From an uncultured Spirochaetota bacterium (lineage in GTDB: Bacteria > Spirochaetota > Spirochaetia > SZUA-6 > Fen-1364): a stretch of 64,000 nucleotides of DNA. The position numbers and the translations under genes are program-made. Below the pieces are notes generated by a model. It was not told the origin of the DNA. It made no database searches and worked only from the letters and a program-made list of their open reading frames with translations. The stretch is taken from positions 832,001 through 896,000 of the forward strand of contig CAWGAA010000003.1 of NCBI GenBank assembly GCA_963820525.1. Direction: 5' to 3'. Positions 32,367 through 41,603 of the stretch are shown here, in pieces. How positions within the stretch are numbered: the first letter of the stretch is position 1; every line of letters begins with the position of its first letter.

Positions 32367-32968
32367 ATGTTGTCGAAAAGGTATCTCTTTAGTGTCAAGA
32401 ACCTTCCTAATATCATGCAGAAAATCATCGATGGCACCGCTCCGGATAATTTCACTCTTGATCACCTACAAGGGCTTGGTTTTAAGGGGAGTGCAGACAG
32501 AGCTATAATCCCAGTATTGAAGGAGCTCTTGGGTTCCTCTCAGAAGATGGGATTCCCACTAAGAGGTATCATGAATACCGTGATAAGTCACAATCCAAAA
32601 GAGTTATGGGAGAAGCCTTGCATGAAGCTTATGCAGATTTATTTCACATAAACGCTAATCCTAGTGAGAACGATCGATCCGCCATCATGGGTAAATTTAA
32701 GAGCACGCATAATGCGACCGATTCCGTTGCTGAGAAACAGGTTACGACGTTTTTTGCTTTATTGAAGCTTGCCGACCTAACATCTACCGTCAAGAAGAAA
32801 ATAGAAAAGCCGCCTGAGGAGATACTGCCGGAAAAAGGAAAAAAGGAACACGCTGACGAGATGCCACTTAGTCTCCGGTATAACATTGAAATTCATTTAC
32901 CCGCAACAAAGGATGTAGATGTCTACAATGCAATATTTAAATCGCTTAAAGCCCATCTGCTGGAGTAG
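32367..32968 (+). pseudogene. DUF5343-family protein, frameshifted near 32523
   Basis: Two overlapping ORFs join as ..PVLK-LGFLSEDGIPTKRY..; C-terminal YNIEIHLPATKD. Confidence 0.65.
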
Positions 32969-32970
32969 CT

Positions 32971-33552
32971 ATGTCAGAAGAATTAACTGATTGGATGTTT
33001 CGAGCGCTGATGTTCGAAGCAGAAGCAGAACATTTCAGAGCCGCAGGAATTAGGTTGGGAGCGGATATGCGGGCGGCAGAAGCTCAGCTTTTAGAAGAGG
33101 CACTTCAGCCATTTCAATTAAGTCTTAGAAATGACGCTCTCCTAATGTGTAGGCTATATGCACAGATATACTGCTTTGAGAACTCCGTAAGAGACGTAAT
33201 AAGATCTAGACTTGAAGAAAAATATAATGTCGACTGGTGGGAGAAAGGTGTACCACAAAAAGTTAAGGAATTTAGTGAAAGTAGACAAAAACAAGCTACA
33301 GAAAACAGCTGGCTAGAGGGTAATAAAAATGATCGTCTTGGCTTCATCGAATTTGGACATCTTGCCTCCATTATTGCGTCCAATTGGGACGACTTTGCAG
33401 ATCTTATTCCGTCTCAGCAGTGGCTAAGTCAACGGTTTGGAGAGCTTGAGCAGGCTAGAAACTATATTGCTCATAATCGTTTGCTGCTTCCGAGCGAGTT
33501 TGCGAGATTGGAGATGTATATTTCTGATTGGAATAAGCAAGTCGGATTATAG
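32971..33552 (+). CDS. Swt1-family HEPN-domain protein
   Basis: FENSVR...WW...RNYIAH (RxxxxH). Confidence 0.85.
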   Translation: MSEELTDWMFRALMFEAEAEHFRAAGIRLGADMRAAEAQLLEEALQPFQLSLRNDALLMCRLYAQIYCFENSVRDVIRSRLEEKYNVDWWEKGVPQKVKEFSESRQKQATENSWLEGNKNDRLGFIEFGHLASIIASNWDDFADLIPSQQWLSQRFGELEQARNYIAHNRLLLPSEFARLEMYISDWNKQVGL

Positions 33553-33593
33553 CGCATAGCAACCTGCAATAGTCGATTTGGGAGTGCAACGTC

Positions 33594-33728
33594 ACACAAC
33601 AGCCAGTATGTGCTTCGCCGCCCTATCGGGCGGCTCGGGCTCCACGGCGCTGCAGCGCGCCACTCCGCCACATGGGCTTCGGCCCTCGTTGGGCCTCAGC
33701 CCACGTCGCATACTGGCAGCCGTTATGG
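33594..33728 (+). repeat. attC site (A-type)
   Basis: ACACAAC...gccagtatg/catactggc...GTTATGG. Confidence 0.9.
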
Positions 33729-33938
33729 GCAAGCCCCGTCGGGAGCGCGCGTGACATACGTAACACTTTTGCATCGACGCATACTGAGCACCTTCAGAGT
33801 AGGTCGTTGCCAGGCTTTTTAATTTCTTCAATCTCGAGGACTTGGGTTTGAGGCTCTTTCCCTGCGGGGGGCTGAGAGGGTCCTGAGGGCCTGCGCCGCC
33901 ACAGTAGGCTGAGCGGCGAGGTGTAGTATACTGCAGCT

Positions 33939-36638
33939 ATGCCCGCGCCCATCCTGGCCACGAAGCTGTTCATGCCCCCGCCCCGGCCGCATGCAGTCCT
34001 CCGCACCCGCCTGATCGAACGCTTGAACGAGGACCAGGGGCGAGGACGGGCTCTCACCCTCATCTCCGCCCCTGCGGGCTTCGGGAAGTCCACGCTGCTC
34101 AGCGCGTGGCTCGACCAGCGCGCGCGGCAGGATCCGAAGTTTCGCGTCGCCTGGCTCTCCCTCGACGAGGGAGACAACGACCCCTCCCGCTTCCTTCTCT
34201 ACCTTGCGGCCGCGCTGCACGGCGTCGAGCCGAGCTGCGGAGCCGACGCGATGGCCGCCCTCCATTCGCCCCAGCCGCCTTCGGCCGAGTCGATCCTCAC
34301 CGACCTGATCAACGAGATCGACGGCATCGCAGGGGATATCCTCCTCGTGCTCGACGACTACCACGCGGTCCGCTCCCCCCAGGTCGATGAGGAGCTCGCC
34401 TTCCTCCTCGAGCACCTGCCTGCGCGCATGCGGCTCGTCATCGCCACTCGCGAGGACCCGATCCTGCCTCTCGGCCGCCTGCGCGCCAAAGGCGAGCTTA
34501 CCGAGCTGCGCGCCGCCGACCTGCGCTTTTCGCCCGACGAGGCGGCCGATTTCCTCGGCCGGGTGATGGGCCTGGAGCTCAGGGCAGAGGACATCGCCGC
34601 CCTGGAGAACCGCACCGAAGGCTGGATCGCCGGCCTGCAATTGGCCGCGCTGTCCATGCAGGGTCAGAAAGACATCGCCGGTTTCATCCATTCGTTCACC
34701 GGCAGCCACCGCTTCGTGCTGGACTACCTGGCCGAGGAGGTCCTGCGTCATCAGCCCGAGGGCATCCAGGCCTTCCTCCTGCGGACCTCCATCCTGGACA
34801 GGCTCTGCGGCTCGCTCTGCGATGCCCTCATGCAGGGGGACCGGTGCCCGCGTCCCGACCTCGTCGCCTCCGGGCAGGAGACCCTGGAATACCTCGAGCG
34901 GGCGAATCTCTTCATCGTGCCCCTGGACAGCGAGAGGCGATGGTATCGCTACCACCGCCTTTTTGCCGAGCTTCTCAGGCAGCGGTTACAGCAGAGCCTG
35001 GCCGCCGACAAGGCCGGCAGTGAGACGGGCGCGGCTGCATTACATATCCGGGCCAGCCATTGGTATGAGGATAATGGCCTGCCCATCGAGGCATTCCGCC
35101 ACGCCGCCGCCGCCGCCGACATCGATCGCGCCGAGCGCTTGATCAACAGCAAGGGGATGCCCCTCCATTTCCGCGGCGCCGTGATCGCAATCCTTGACTG
35201 GCTGGCATCGTTGCCTGCCAGCGTGCTGGACGCACGTCCATCGCTCCGGGTGCTGACCGCCACGATGTCCCTCGTCGCTGGGAGGACCACCGGCGTCGAA
35301 GAGGCGCTCCAAGCCGCGGAGCAGGCCCTGCATGGCGCCGAGCCGGACGAAACGACCCACGATCTCATCGGCCGCATCGCCGCCGCCAGGGCCACCCTCG
35401 CCCTCACCCGCTACCAGCCGGACACTATCATGGTCCAGTCGCGCCGTGCGCTCGAGCACCTGCATCCCGACAACCTTCCCTTCCGCCTCACGGCCAAGTG
35501 GACCATGGCCTTCGCGCATTTCCTCCAGGGGGATCGGGCCGCCGCCGGCCGGGCCTATGTGGAGCTGGAATCCATGAGCCATGTCTCCGGGGACGTCTTT
35601 TTCACGCAGTTGTCCCTGTGCAGCCTGGGGGAGGCCCGGGAGCTGGACAACCAGCTCCACCAGGCCGCGGAGACTTACCGGCGCGCCCTTCGATCCTTCG
35701 GCGACCATCCGCAACCGACCGCGAGCCAGGCGCATCTCGGCCTGGCCCGCATATCGTACGAATGGAACGAGCTGGATGCGGCGGAAGAGCATGGGGAACG
35801 AGGCCTCCAGCTCGCGCGGCAGTACGACAGGGCCGTCGACCGGTTCATCCTCTGCGAGCTTATCCTCGCCCGAGTCACGCTGGCCAGGGGACATATCGCC
35901 GTCGTTGGCGCCAGGCTCGACGAGCTCGCGACCACCGCGCGAAGGCGGGGTTTCCCCCATCGCCTCCCGGAGATCGCCGCGCTCCAGGTACCTGTCCTCC
36001 TGCGCCAGGGCCACGTGGAGGCGGCCGCTCATCTCGCCGGAGCCTTCGACCTGCCCCAGAGCCGGGCGCGGGTCCTCCTGGCGCAGAACGAGCCTTCTTC
36101 GGCCCTGGCGTTGCTCGAGCCGCTGCGCGGCCAGATGGAGGCGAAAAGCTGGCAGGACGAGCGCCTCAAGGTGCTGGCGCTCCAGGCGCTCGCTCTCCAC
36201 GCGAAGGGCCGGGAAGACGAGGCGCTGCGCCTGCTCGTCGAGACGATGGAGCTGGCGGAAGGCGGGGGATTCATCCGCCTCTTCCTGGACGAGGGCGCCC
36301 CGATGGCCAAGCTCCTCTCCGTGGCGGCTGCGCGAGGAATGATGCCAGCGTACGCCGGCAGGTTGCTGACAGCCTTCGCGGCGGAGAAGCAGGTGCGCGA
36401 AAGCGCGCTCGCCGAATCGGCTTCCTCCCTCTCCCCAGCGCTCACCGAGCCGTTGAGCCGGCGTGAGCTCGAGGTCCTCAGGCTCCTCGCAGAAGGGCTC
36501 TCCAACCAGGAGATAGGCGAGCGCCTCTTCCTCGCCCTGGACACGATCAAGGGCCACAACCGGAGGATCTTCGAGAAGCTCGAGGTCAAGCGGCGCACGG
36601 AAGCCATCGCCCGTGGCCGCGAGCTGGGCCTGCTGTAG
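33939..36638 (+). CDS. MalT-like ATP-dependent LuxR-family regulator
   Basis: APAGFGKST, LVLDDYH, RTEGWIAGLQL, C-terminal LuxR HTH. Confidence 0.93.
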   Translation: MPAPILATKLFMPPPRPHAVLRTRLIERLNEDQGRGRALTLISAPAGFGKSTLLSAWLDQRARQDPKFRVAWLSLDEGDNDPSRFLLYLAAALHGVEPSCGADAMAALHSPQPPSAESILTDLINEIDGIAGDILLVLDDYHAVRSPQVDEELAFLLEHLPARMRLVIATREDPILPLGRLRAKGELTELRAADLRFSPDEAADFLGRVMGLELRAEDIAALENRTEGWIAGLQLAALSMQGQKDIAGFIHSFTGSHRFVLDYLAEEVLRHQPEGIQAFLLRTSILDRLCGSLCDALMQGDRCPRPDLVASGQETLEYLERANLFIVPLDSERRWYRYHRLFAELLRQRLQQSLAADKAGSETGAAALHIRASHWYEDNGLPIEAFRHAAAAADIDRAERLINSKGMPLHFRGAVIAILDWLASLPASVLDARPSLRVLTATMSLVAGRTTGVEEALQAAEQALHGAEPDETTHDLIGRIAAARATLALTRYQPDTIMVQSRRALEHLHPDNLPFRLTAKWTMAFAHFLQGDRAAAGRAYVELESMSHVSGDVFFTQLSLCSLGEARELDNQLHQAAETYRRALRSFGDHPQPTASQAHLGLARISYEWNELDAAEEHGERGLQLARQYDRAVDRFILCELILARVTLARGHIAVVGARLDELATTARRRGFPHRLPEIAALQVPVLLRQGHVEAAAHLAGAFDLPQSRARVLLAQNEPSSALALLEPLRGQMEAKSWQDERLKVLALQALALHAKGREDEALRLLVETMELAEGGGFIRLFLDEGAPMAKLLSVAAARGMMPAYAGRLLTAFAAEKQVRESALAESASSLSPALTEPLSRRELEVLRLLAEGLSNQEIGERLFLALDTIKGHNRRIFEKLEVKRRTEAIARGRELGLL

Positions 36639-36722
36639 CAGCCTTCCCGCCTGCACCGGTCTCCCGCATCCCTGAAAACGACACTCCGAATGACACTTTC
36701 GTGTCTACGCGCCGCGGGGCGG

Positions 36723-37724
36723 AATGGACATACTTGCACTATCAAATGATCACAGGAGGCATTTCATGGACACCTATCGACGATCGGGGATTGTGACGGG
36801 GATCTTGTTCATCGCAGCGGATGCAGCCGGTTTCCCGCGGCTATTATACGTTGGCTCCTTCGGTGGAGACCCGAAAAAAGCAACATTTTCGTTCATGACC
36901 GAGTAAAAGGAGAAAATCATGGGAACAACAGAGAAGAAATCGCGGATTCTTGGGCTGGCTTTTCTGATCCAGTTCGTCACATCGTTCACGAACGGTCTCG
37001 TCGTGCTCCCCATGGCCACCGGGGTTCAGGGCTTCGGTCTGCTCGAGAACATCGGCCAAACCATGGCCAACATCGCGAAAAACGCGGGGCTCATCCACCT
37101 CGACATCCTCTTGGAACTGCTAACCGCAGCCGGTGTGATCTTCCTCGGTGCGATTCTGTACTCGGCGGTGAGAAAACAGAACGAAGGACTGGCTTTGACC
37201 GCCTTCGGTCTATACGTTCTGGAAGGCGCCTTGATCGCGGTCACAAAACTCGGACTCTTCGCCCTCTTGGTCCTCAGCAAGCAGTTCATCGCCGCGGGCA
37301 GCCCCGTCTCGCTGGAACCGACGGCCAGGATGGTATACGAAGTCATGTCGTACTCGTCCACGATGTTCAATTTTGCCTTCTGCCTGGGCGCAACGATCTT
37401 CTACGCCCTGCTTTTCAGAGCCCGCACAGTGGCGTGGCCCTTGTCGCTGTGGGGTCTGGTGAGCGTCCAGGGCGTCTTCGCGGGAGTATTGATAGGTCTC
37501 TTCGGCGTCAAAGCTCCCATCTTCCTCTACGTCCTCTACATCCCCTTCGAACTCGTGATCGCCGTCTGGATTCTCATCAGGGGCGTGAAAAAAGAAACGG
37601 TGAACTAGCGCAATGGACATGCTTGCATTATCAAAGGATCACAGGAGGCATTTCATGGACACCTATCGACGATCGGGAATTGTGACGGGGATCTTGTTCA
37701 TCGCAGCGGATGCAGCCGGTTTCC
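36723..37724 (+). repeat. 113-bp direct repeat pair (36723-36835 and 37612-37724)
   Basis: Four mismatches; includes an RBS and the start MDTYRRSGIVTG. Confidence 0.9.
36919..37608 (+). CDS. DUF4386-family membrane protein
   Basis: Multi-TM; paralogous to neighbours (P..LS.WG...FE...A.W.L.RG). Confidence 0.8.
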   Translation: MGTTEKKSRILGLAFLIQFVTSFTNGLVVLPMATGVQGFGLLENIGQTMANIAKNAGLIHLDILLELLTAAGVIFLGAILYSAVRKQNEGLALTAFGLYVLEGALIAVTKLGLFALLVLSKQFIAAGSPVSLEPTARMVYEVMSYSSTMFNFAFCLGATIFYALLFRARTVAWPLSLWGLVSVQGVFAGVLIGLFGVKAPIFLYVLYIPFELVIAVWILIRGVKKETVN

Positions 37725-38347
37725 TGTCATTTTTAGCGCAACCGCTTATCAACGCCCCGGACTACCTGACGAAAATCTCCGCGAACGAAGTGACGGTCCT
37801 CGCGGGGGCGTTGCTGGTCTTCATCATGGGCTGGGCCGATGCCGGCATCGGGATTTCGATGTATCCGATTCTGCGGAGGCACAACGAAGGCCTCGCACTG
37901 GGTGCTGCCGGATTCAGGATCATCGACGGGGTCTTCCATTGCATCGGCGCTGTTCTCATCCTCCTGCTGGCGACCTTGAGCCGGGAGTTCATCAAGGCAG
38001 GACCAGCCGATCTGGCGCAGTTCCAGAACCTCGGCGCGCTGCTGCGGGAAGGGCGCACCTGGGTGGGCGATGTGGCGGCTCTCCCCGCCTGGTGCATCGG
38101 CGCGTGTCTGTACTATTCGCTGTTCTTCAAGACGCGGCTGGTCCCTCGCTGGCTGTCCCTGTGGGGGCTCGCCGGGATCACCCTGACCATAGCCGGAAGC
38201 ATCCTGGTCCTGTTCCGCCAGATCGCCCCCATGTCGACCGTCCAGCTGCTCATGTACCTGCCCTGCGCTCTGCAGGAAATAGTGCTGGCGATCTGGCTCA
38301 TCGCGAAGGGATTCAATCCATCCGCAATCGCCTCGCCGCAGCGCTGA
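37655..38347 (+). CDS. DUF4386-family membrane protein
   Basis: LVPRWLSLWGL...QEIVLAIWLIAKGF. Confidence 0.85.
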   Translation: MDTYRRSGIVTGILFIAADAAGFLSFLAQPLINAPDYLTKISANEVTVLAGALLVFIMGWADAGIGISMYPILRRHNEGLALGAAGFRIIDGVFHCIGAVLILLLATLSREFIKAGPADLAQFQNLGALLREGRTWVGDVAALPAWCIGACLYYSLFFKTRLVPRWLSLWGLAGITLTIAGSILVLFRQIAPMSTVQLLMYLPCALQEIVLAIWLIAKGFNPSAIASPQR

Positions 38348-38377
38348 CGGCGGCGCGGTGCAGCAGCGAAGAGCCTC

Positions 38378-38611
38378 ATGGAGTATCAGATACGGATCAA
38401 GGGCGAGCTGGGGCAGGAATGGGCAGACTGGTTCGGAGGCTCTGCCATCGCTCGGGAGGGAGACGGCGTCACGCTCCTGACCTGCGCCGTGGTCGACCAG
38501 GCTGCGCTGTATGGCCTTCTCAGGAAACTGCGGGACCTGGGTCTGCCCCTGCTCTCGATCAATCGCATTGACGACTGCCCCGAGCGGAAGCCCGAGGCTA
38601 AGTCGACATAA
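38378..38611 (+). CDS. Small conserved protein typical of MalT/DUF4386 clusters
   Basis: YQIRIKG.L...W..WF.G...DQAALYGLL.KLRDLGL.L. Confidence 0.75.
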   Translation: MEYQIRIKGELGQEWADWFGGSAIAREGDGVTLLTCAVVDQAALYGLLRKLRDLGLPLLSINRIDDCPERKPEAKST

Positions 38612-38656
38612 CCGTCCCGCGTGGCCAGACCACCGCGACGACAGGAGGCATCGAAC

Positions 38657-39361
38657 ATGACGAATTTTATAGAAGACGTACGGCCGCGGACCATGGCCCG
38701 CATCGCCGGGTTCCTGTACCTCAGTTTCATCATTTTTATGGCACTCGCCAACGTGGTTGGCCGCATGGGCATCATCGTAGACGGCGACACAGCGGCCACG
38801 GCCGCGAATATCATCGCGAAGGGAATACGTTTCCGCATCGGCTTCGTGAGCGATCTATTGTCAGCCCTGCTTTTCCTCTTGACCGCGTGGGCACTCTACG
38901 CGCTCCTGAAACGGGTGAACAGGACTTTGGCCTTATTGTTCCTGCTGCTCAACATGTGCGGGGTCGCCATGCAATGCTTCAGCATGATTCTCCTGTACGC
39001 GGCCCTTCCTCTCCTGGGAGGAGGCGGATACCTCGCCGCGTTCACCACTAATCAACTCAACGCCCAGGCCATGTTCTTCCTCGGTCTCTACAAAGCGGGA
39101 TTCTCGAGCGCCCAACTCTTCTACGGCGCATGGACCTTGCCTTTGGGGTACCTCGTGTACAAATCCGGATTCCTCCCCAAAGCCCTCGGCGTCCTTCTCA
39201 TGATTGATTGCCTGGCCATACTCGTCTGGTTCTTCCAGTTTATCTTTCTGCCCAGTTATGCGACCATAAGCTATCCCTGCTATGCAGTCAGCTTCATCGC
39301 GGAATTCTCGCTTACCCTCTGGCTGCTCATCAAAAGCATCAAGGAGGAAAGGCTTATGTGA
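38657..39361 (+). CDS. DUF4386-family membrane protein
   Basis: ARIAGFLYL...GYLVYKSGFLPK.LG. Confidence 0.85.
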   Translation: MTNFIEDVRPRTMARIAGFLYLSFIIFMALANVVGRMGIIVDGDTAATAANIIAKGIRFRIGFVSDLLSALLFLLTAWALYALLKRVNRTLALLFLLLNMCGVAMQCFSMILLYAALPLLGGGGYLAAFTTNQLNAQAMFFLGLYKAGFSSAQLFYGAWTLPLGYLVYKSGFLPKALGVLLMIDCLAILVWFFQFIFLPSYATISYPCYAVSFIAEFSLTLWLLIKSIKEERLM

Positions 39362-39573
39362 GAGTCTTCATCGCGCCGCAGCGGGTGAGTCATATTTCCA
39401 TGGCACAGCGGCAGCAGTCTTTTCCAGGAACACATTTTGCACGAGTAGAGCTCCCCGGACAGGCACAGGACCAAGATTCAGGGTTGGTTCCGCTCAGTAG
39501 CCCGAAATGACAGTTGTTATCAGTCAGAGACGAGCAATAGTGAGTCGGATCAGAGACTGAATAACAGGAGGTA

Positions 39574-40086
39574 ATGATTATGAGCGCAATGGATAAGCAC
39601 CTTCAGAGCATCCAATACACATCACAAGGAGAAGGCAAAATGCGAAAAAGAGGTTCGATAGTTCTCTCAATATGGAGCGGTATCAACATTTTCGTTGCTT
39701 CCTTAATATTAACCATTGTCGTCTTTCACTTTGGAAACTCACCGCTTCTGGTAATGGTCTTTGAAAAATCTGAAATCGCTAGACTTGACGCCAAAGTCAT
39801 TTCGGCTCTCAATTGTTTGACAATCCTTTACAACTCTTGTGATGTTGCCCTCTCAGTACTGGCATTATTCATTATCTGGTCAGGTCTAATCAATGGCAAA
39901 AGGTGGGCTTTTTGGGCATTGCTGATCACGATTGGCTTTGTAGAGATATTGGCCTTTGTCGCTTCCGCAGAAGTCGGAAATGTCTGGCTGAGATGGCAAG
40001 TGAATGTTGTTCAGAGCGTTTTATACATTGTGGGCATTGGTTTGTCTGGCTATTCCATATTCAAGTCCAAGCAGCAGGCCGTATGA
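39574..40086 (+). CDS. Hypothetical membrane protein
   Basis: RBS AGGAGG, 4 hydrophobic segments. Confidence 0.7.
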   Translation: MIMSAMDKHLQSIQYTSQGEGKMRKRGSIVLSIWSGINIFVASLILTIVVFHFGNSPLLVMVFEKSEIARLDAKVISALNCLTILYNSCDVALSVLALFIIWSGLINGKRWAFWALLITIGFVEILAFVASAEVGNVWLRWQVNVVQSVLYIVGIGLSGYSIFKSKQQAV

Positions 40087-40235
40087 TCAAACAAATGATA
40101 GGTTAATCGACCCCGAGAGCGCTGCCTATCTGATACGGGTGTGGTCAGAATGGAGCCTGCCGACCGACCGGCTGCGGGCGGCGAGTTCGAGCGACCGGTT
40201 AAGCCATGCCGCACGGGCATCATAAAACAGGAGGA

Positions 40236-41210
40236 ATGAGCATGAAAGCGATAGTGCAAACGAGATACGGGCTGCGCAGCCTGCGGATCATGGATGCACC
40301 CAAACCGGTCCCGGGAGAGAATCAAGTCCTGGTCAGGGTCCATGCCGCGGCCCTGAATTATGCCGTCATGTTCCGGGTGACGGGGAAGCCTTTTCTTGCC
40401 CGCCTGATGATGGGCAGCCTCCTGAAGCCGAAGCGATGGATCCCCGGAGGCGAAATGTCGGGACGGGTGGAAGCGGTCGGCGCGAAGGTGCGCGCCTTCA
40501 AGCCTGCCGACGAAGTCTACGGGGACACGTGCAAATGCGGATACGGAGCGCTCGCCGAGCTTGTCTGCGCCGACGAGAGCGCGCTCGCCCTGAAGCCGAC
40601 CACGCTTTCGTTCGAAGAGGCGGCGGGCGTGCCCCAATCGGCCCTCGTCGCCCTGCAGGGCCTCCGCGCCGGAGGGATCCACAAAGGCCAGAAGGTCCTG
40701 ATCCATGGAGCCTCCGGCGGCATCGGAACCTTCGCCGTGCAGATAGCGAAATCCTTCGGCGCCGGGGTGACGGGCGTGTGCGGCGCCAAGAACCTGGACA
40801 TGGTGCGCTCGCTTGGCGCCGATCGCGTCATCGACTACGCCACGGAAGGCGTCGCGGAGGAGGCGGAAGCCTATGACCTCATCCTGGCGATCCGCGGCAC
40901 CCGCCCGGTTCGCGATTATTACCGCGCGCTGCGTCCGGGCGGAACCTACGTTATGGCCGGAGGCTCCCCTTTCCGATTCATGATGACCGCTTTCCAGGGA
41001 TCGCGGCTCTTCAGGTCCGGAAGCAAGACGATGAGGAGATTCACCTACTCGCCGAACGCGGAGGACCTCTTGCTCATGAAGGGGCTCATAGAAGCGGGGA
41101 AGGTCCGGTCCATCATCGACAAGGTATATCCTCTGAGCGAGGCGGCCGAAGCATTCCGTTACCTCGAGAAGGGACATGCGAGGGGGCGAGTGATAGTTCG
41201 CGTGGGATAA
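40236..41210 (+). CDS. NAD(P)-dependent MDR-family (quinone oxidoreductase-like) dehydrogenase
   Basis: VLIHGASGGIGTFAVQIAK; GHARGRVIV. Confidence 0.9.
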   Translation: MSMKAIVQTRYGLRSLRIMDAPKPVPGENQVLVRVHAAALNYAVMFRVTGKPFLARLMMGSLLKPKRWIPGGEMSGRVEAVGAKVRAFKPADEVYGDTCKCGYGALAELVCADESALALKPTTLSFEEAAGVPQSALVALQGLRAGGIHKGQKVLIHGASGGIGTFAVQIAKSFGAGVTGVCGAKNLDMVRSLGADRVIDYATEGVAEEAEAYDLILAIRGTRPVRDYYRALRPGGTYVMAGGSPFRFMMTAFQGSRLFRSGSKTMRRFTYSPNAEDLLLMKGLIEAGKVRSIIDKVYPLSEAAEAFRYLEKGHARGRVIVRVG

Positions 41211-41306
41211 TGGGCGAGCGTTGAAGTCAGGGATCAGCTGAGTCCCCTCCCGCAATCGATAAGATTTGCGTCGTCGAAACCGTCGTAAAAAAGGTACGGG
41301 GGCACC

Positions 41307-41519
41307 ATGGGTCCCTCGGCCCGCGGGGCGATGTACCGGCTCGTCGAGCTTCTCGGAGATGAGGAATGGCTGGTGCGAAAGGCGGTCGTCTATGCCCAGT
41401 CGTTTATCGCTCCAGATGATCCGGATGTATTGAAAGCGCTGCGAAATCGCCTGAATGACCCGAAAGACCAGGTGCGGGCAGCCGCCAACCTCTTTCTAAG
41501 AACGCTTGAAGATCAATAG
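41307..41519 (+). pseudogene. HEAT-repeat protein C-terminal fragment
   Basis: LL.DE...VRKA; L.D...QVR.AA; followed by a truncated B-type attC start (CACTAAC at 41527). Confidence 0.5.
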
Positions 41520-41603
41520 GAAAGAACACTAACAATGATTGTGGAGCTGTACTGACGGTTCTTATAAGGGATTAGTGTAAAATCTGGCACAACGGCACAT
41601 AAC

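Noticed and set aside
2150..32530. Programmed frameshifting or phase variation in the split genes (~2155, ~2320, 11294, 32523)
   Set aside because: No shared slippery or repeat tract is evident; sequencing indels or decay cannot be separated without reads
33828..36745. Long antisense and alternate-frame ORFs over malT-like, GH2 and GT39 genes
   Set aside because: Shadow ORFs of GC-rich coding DNA with no recognisable motifs
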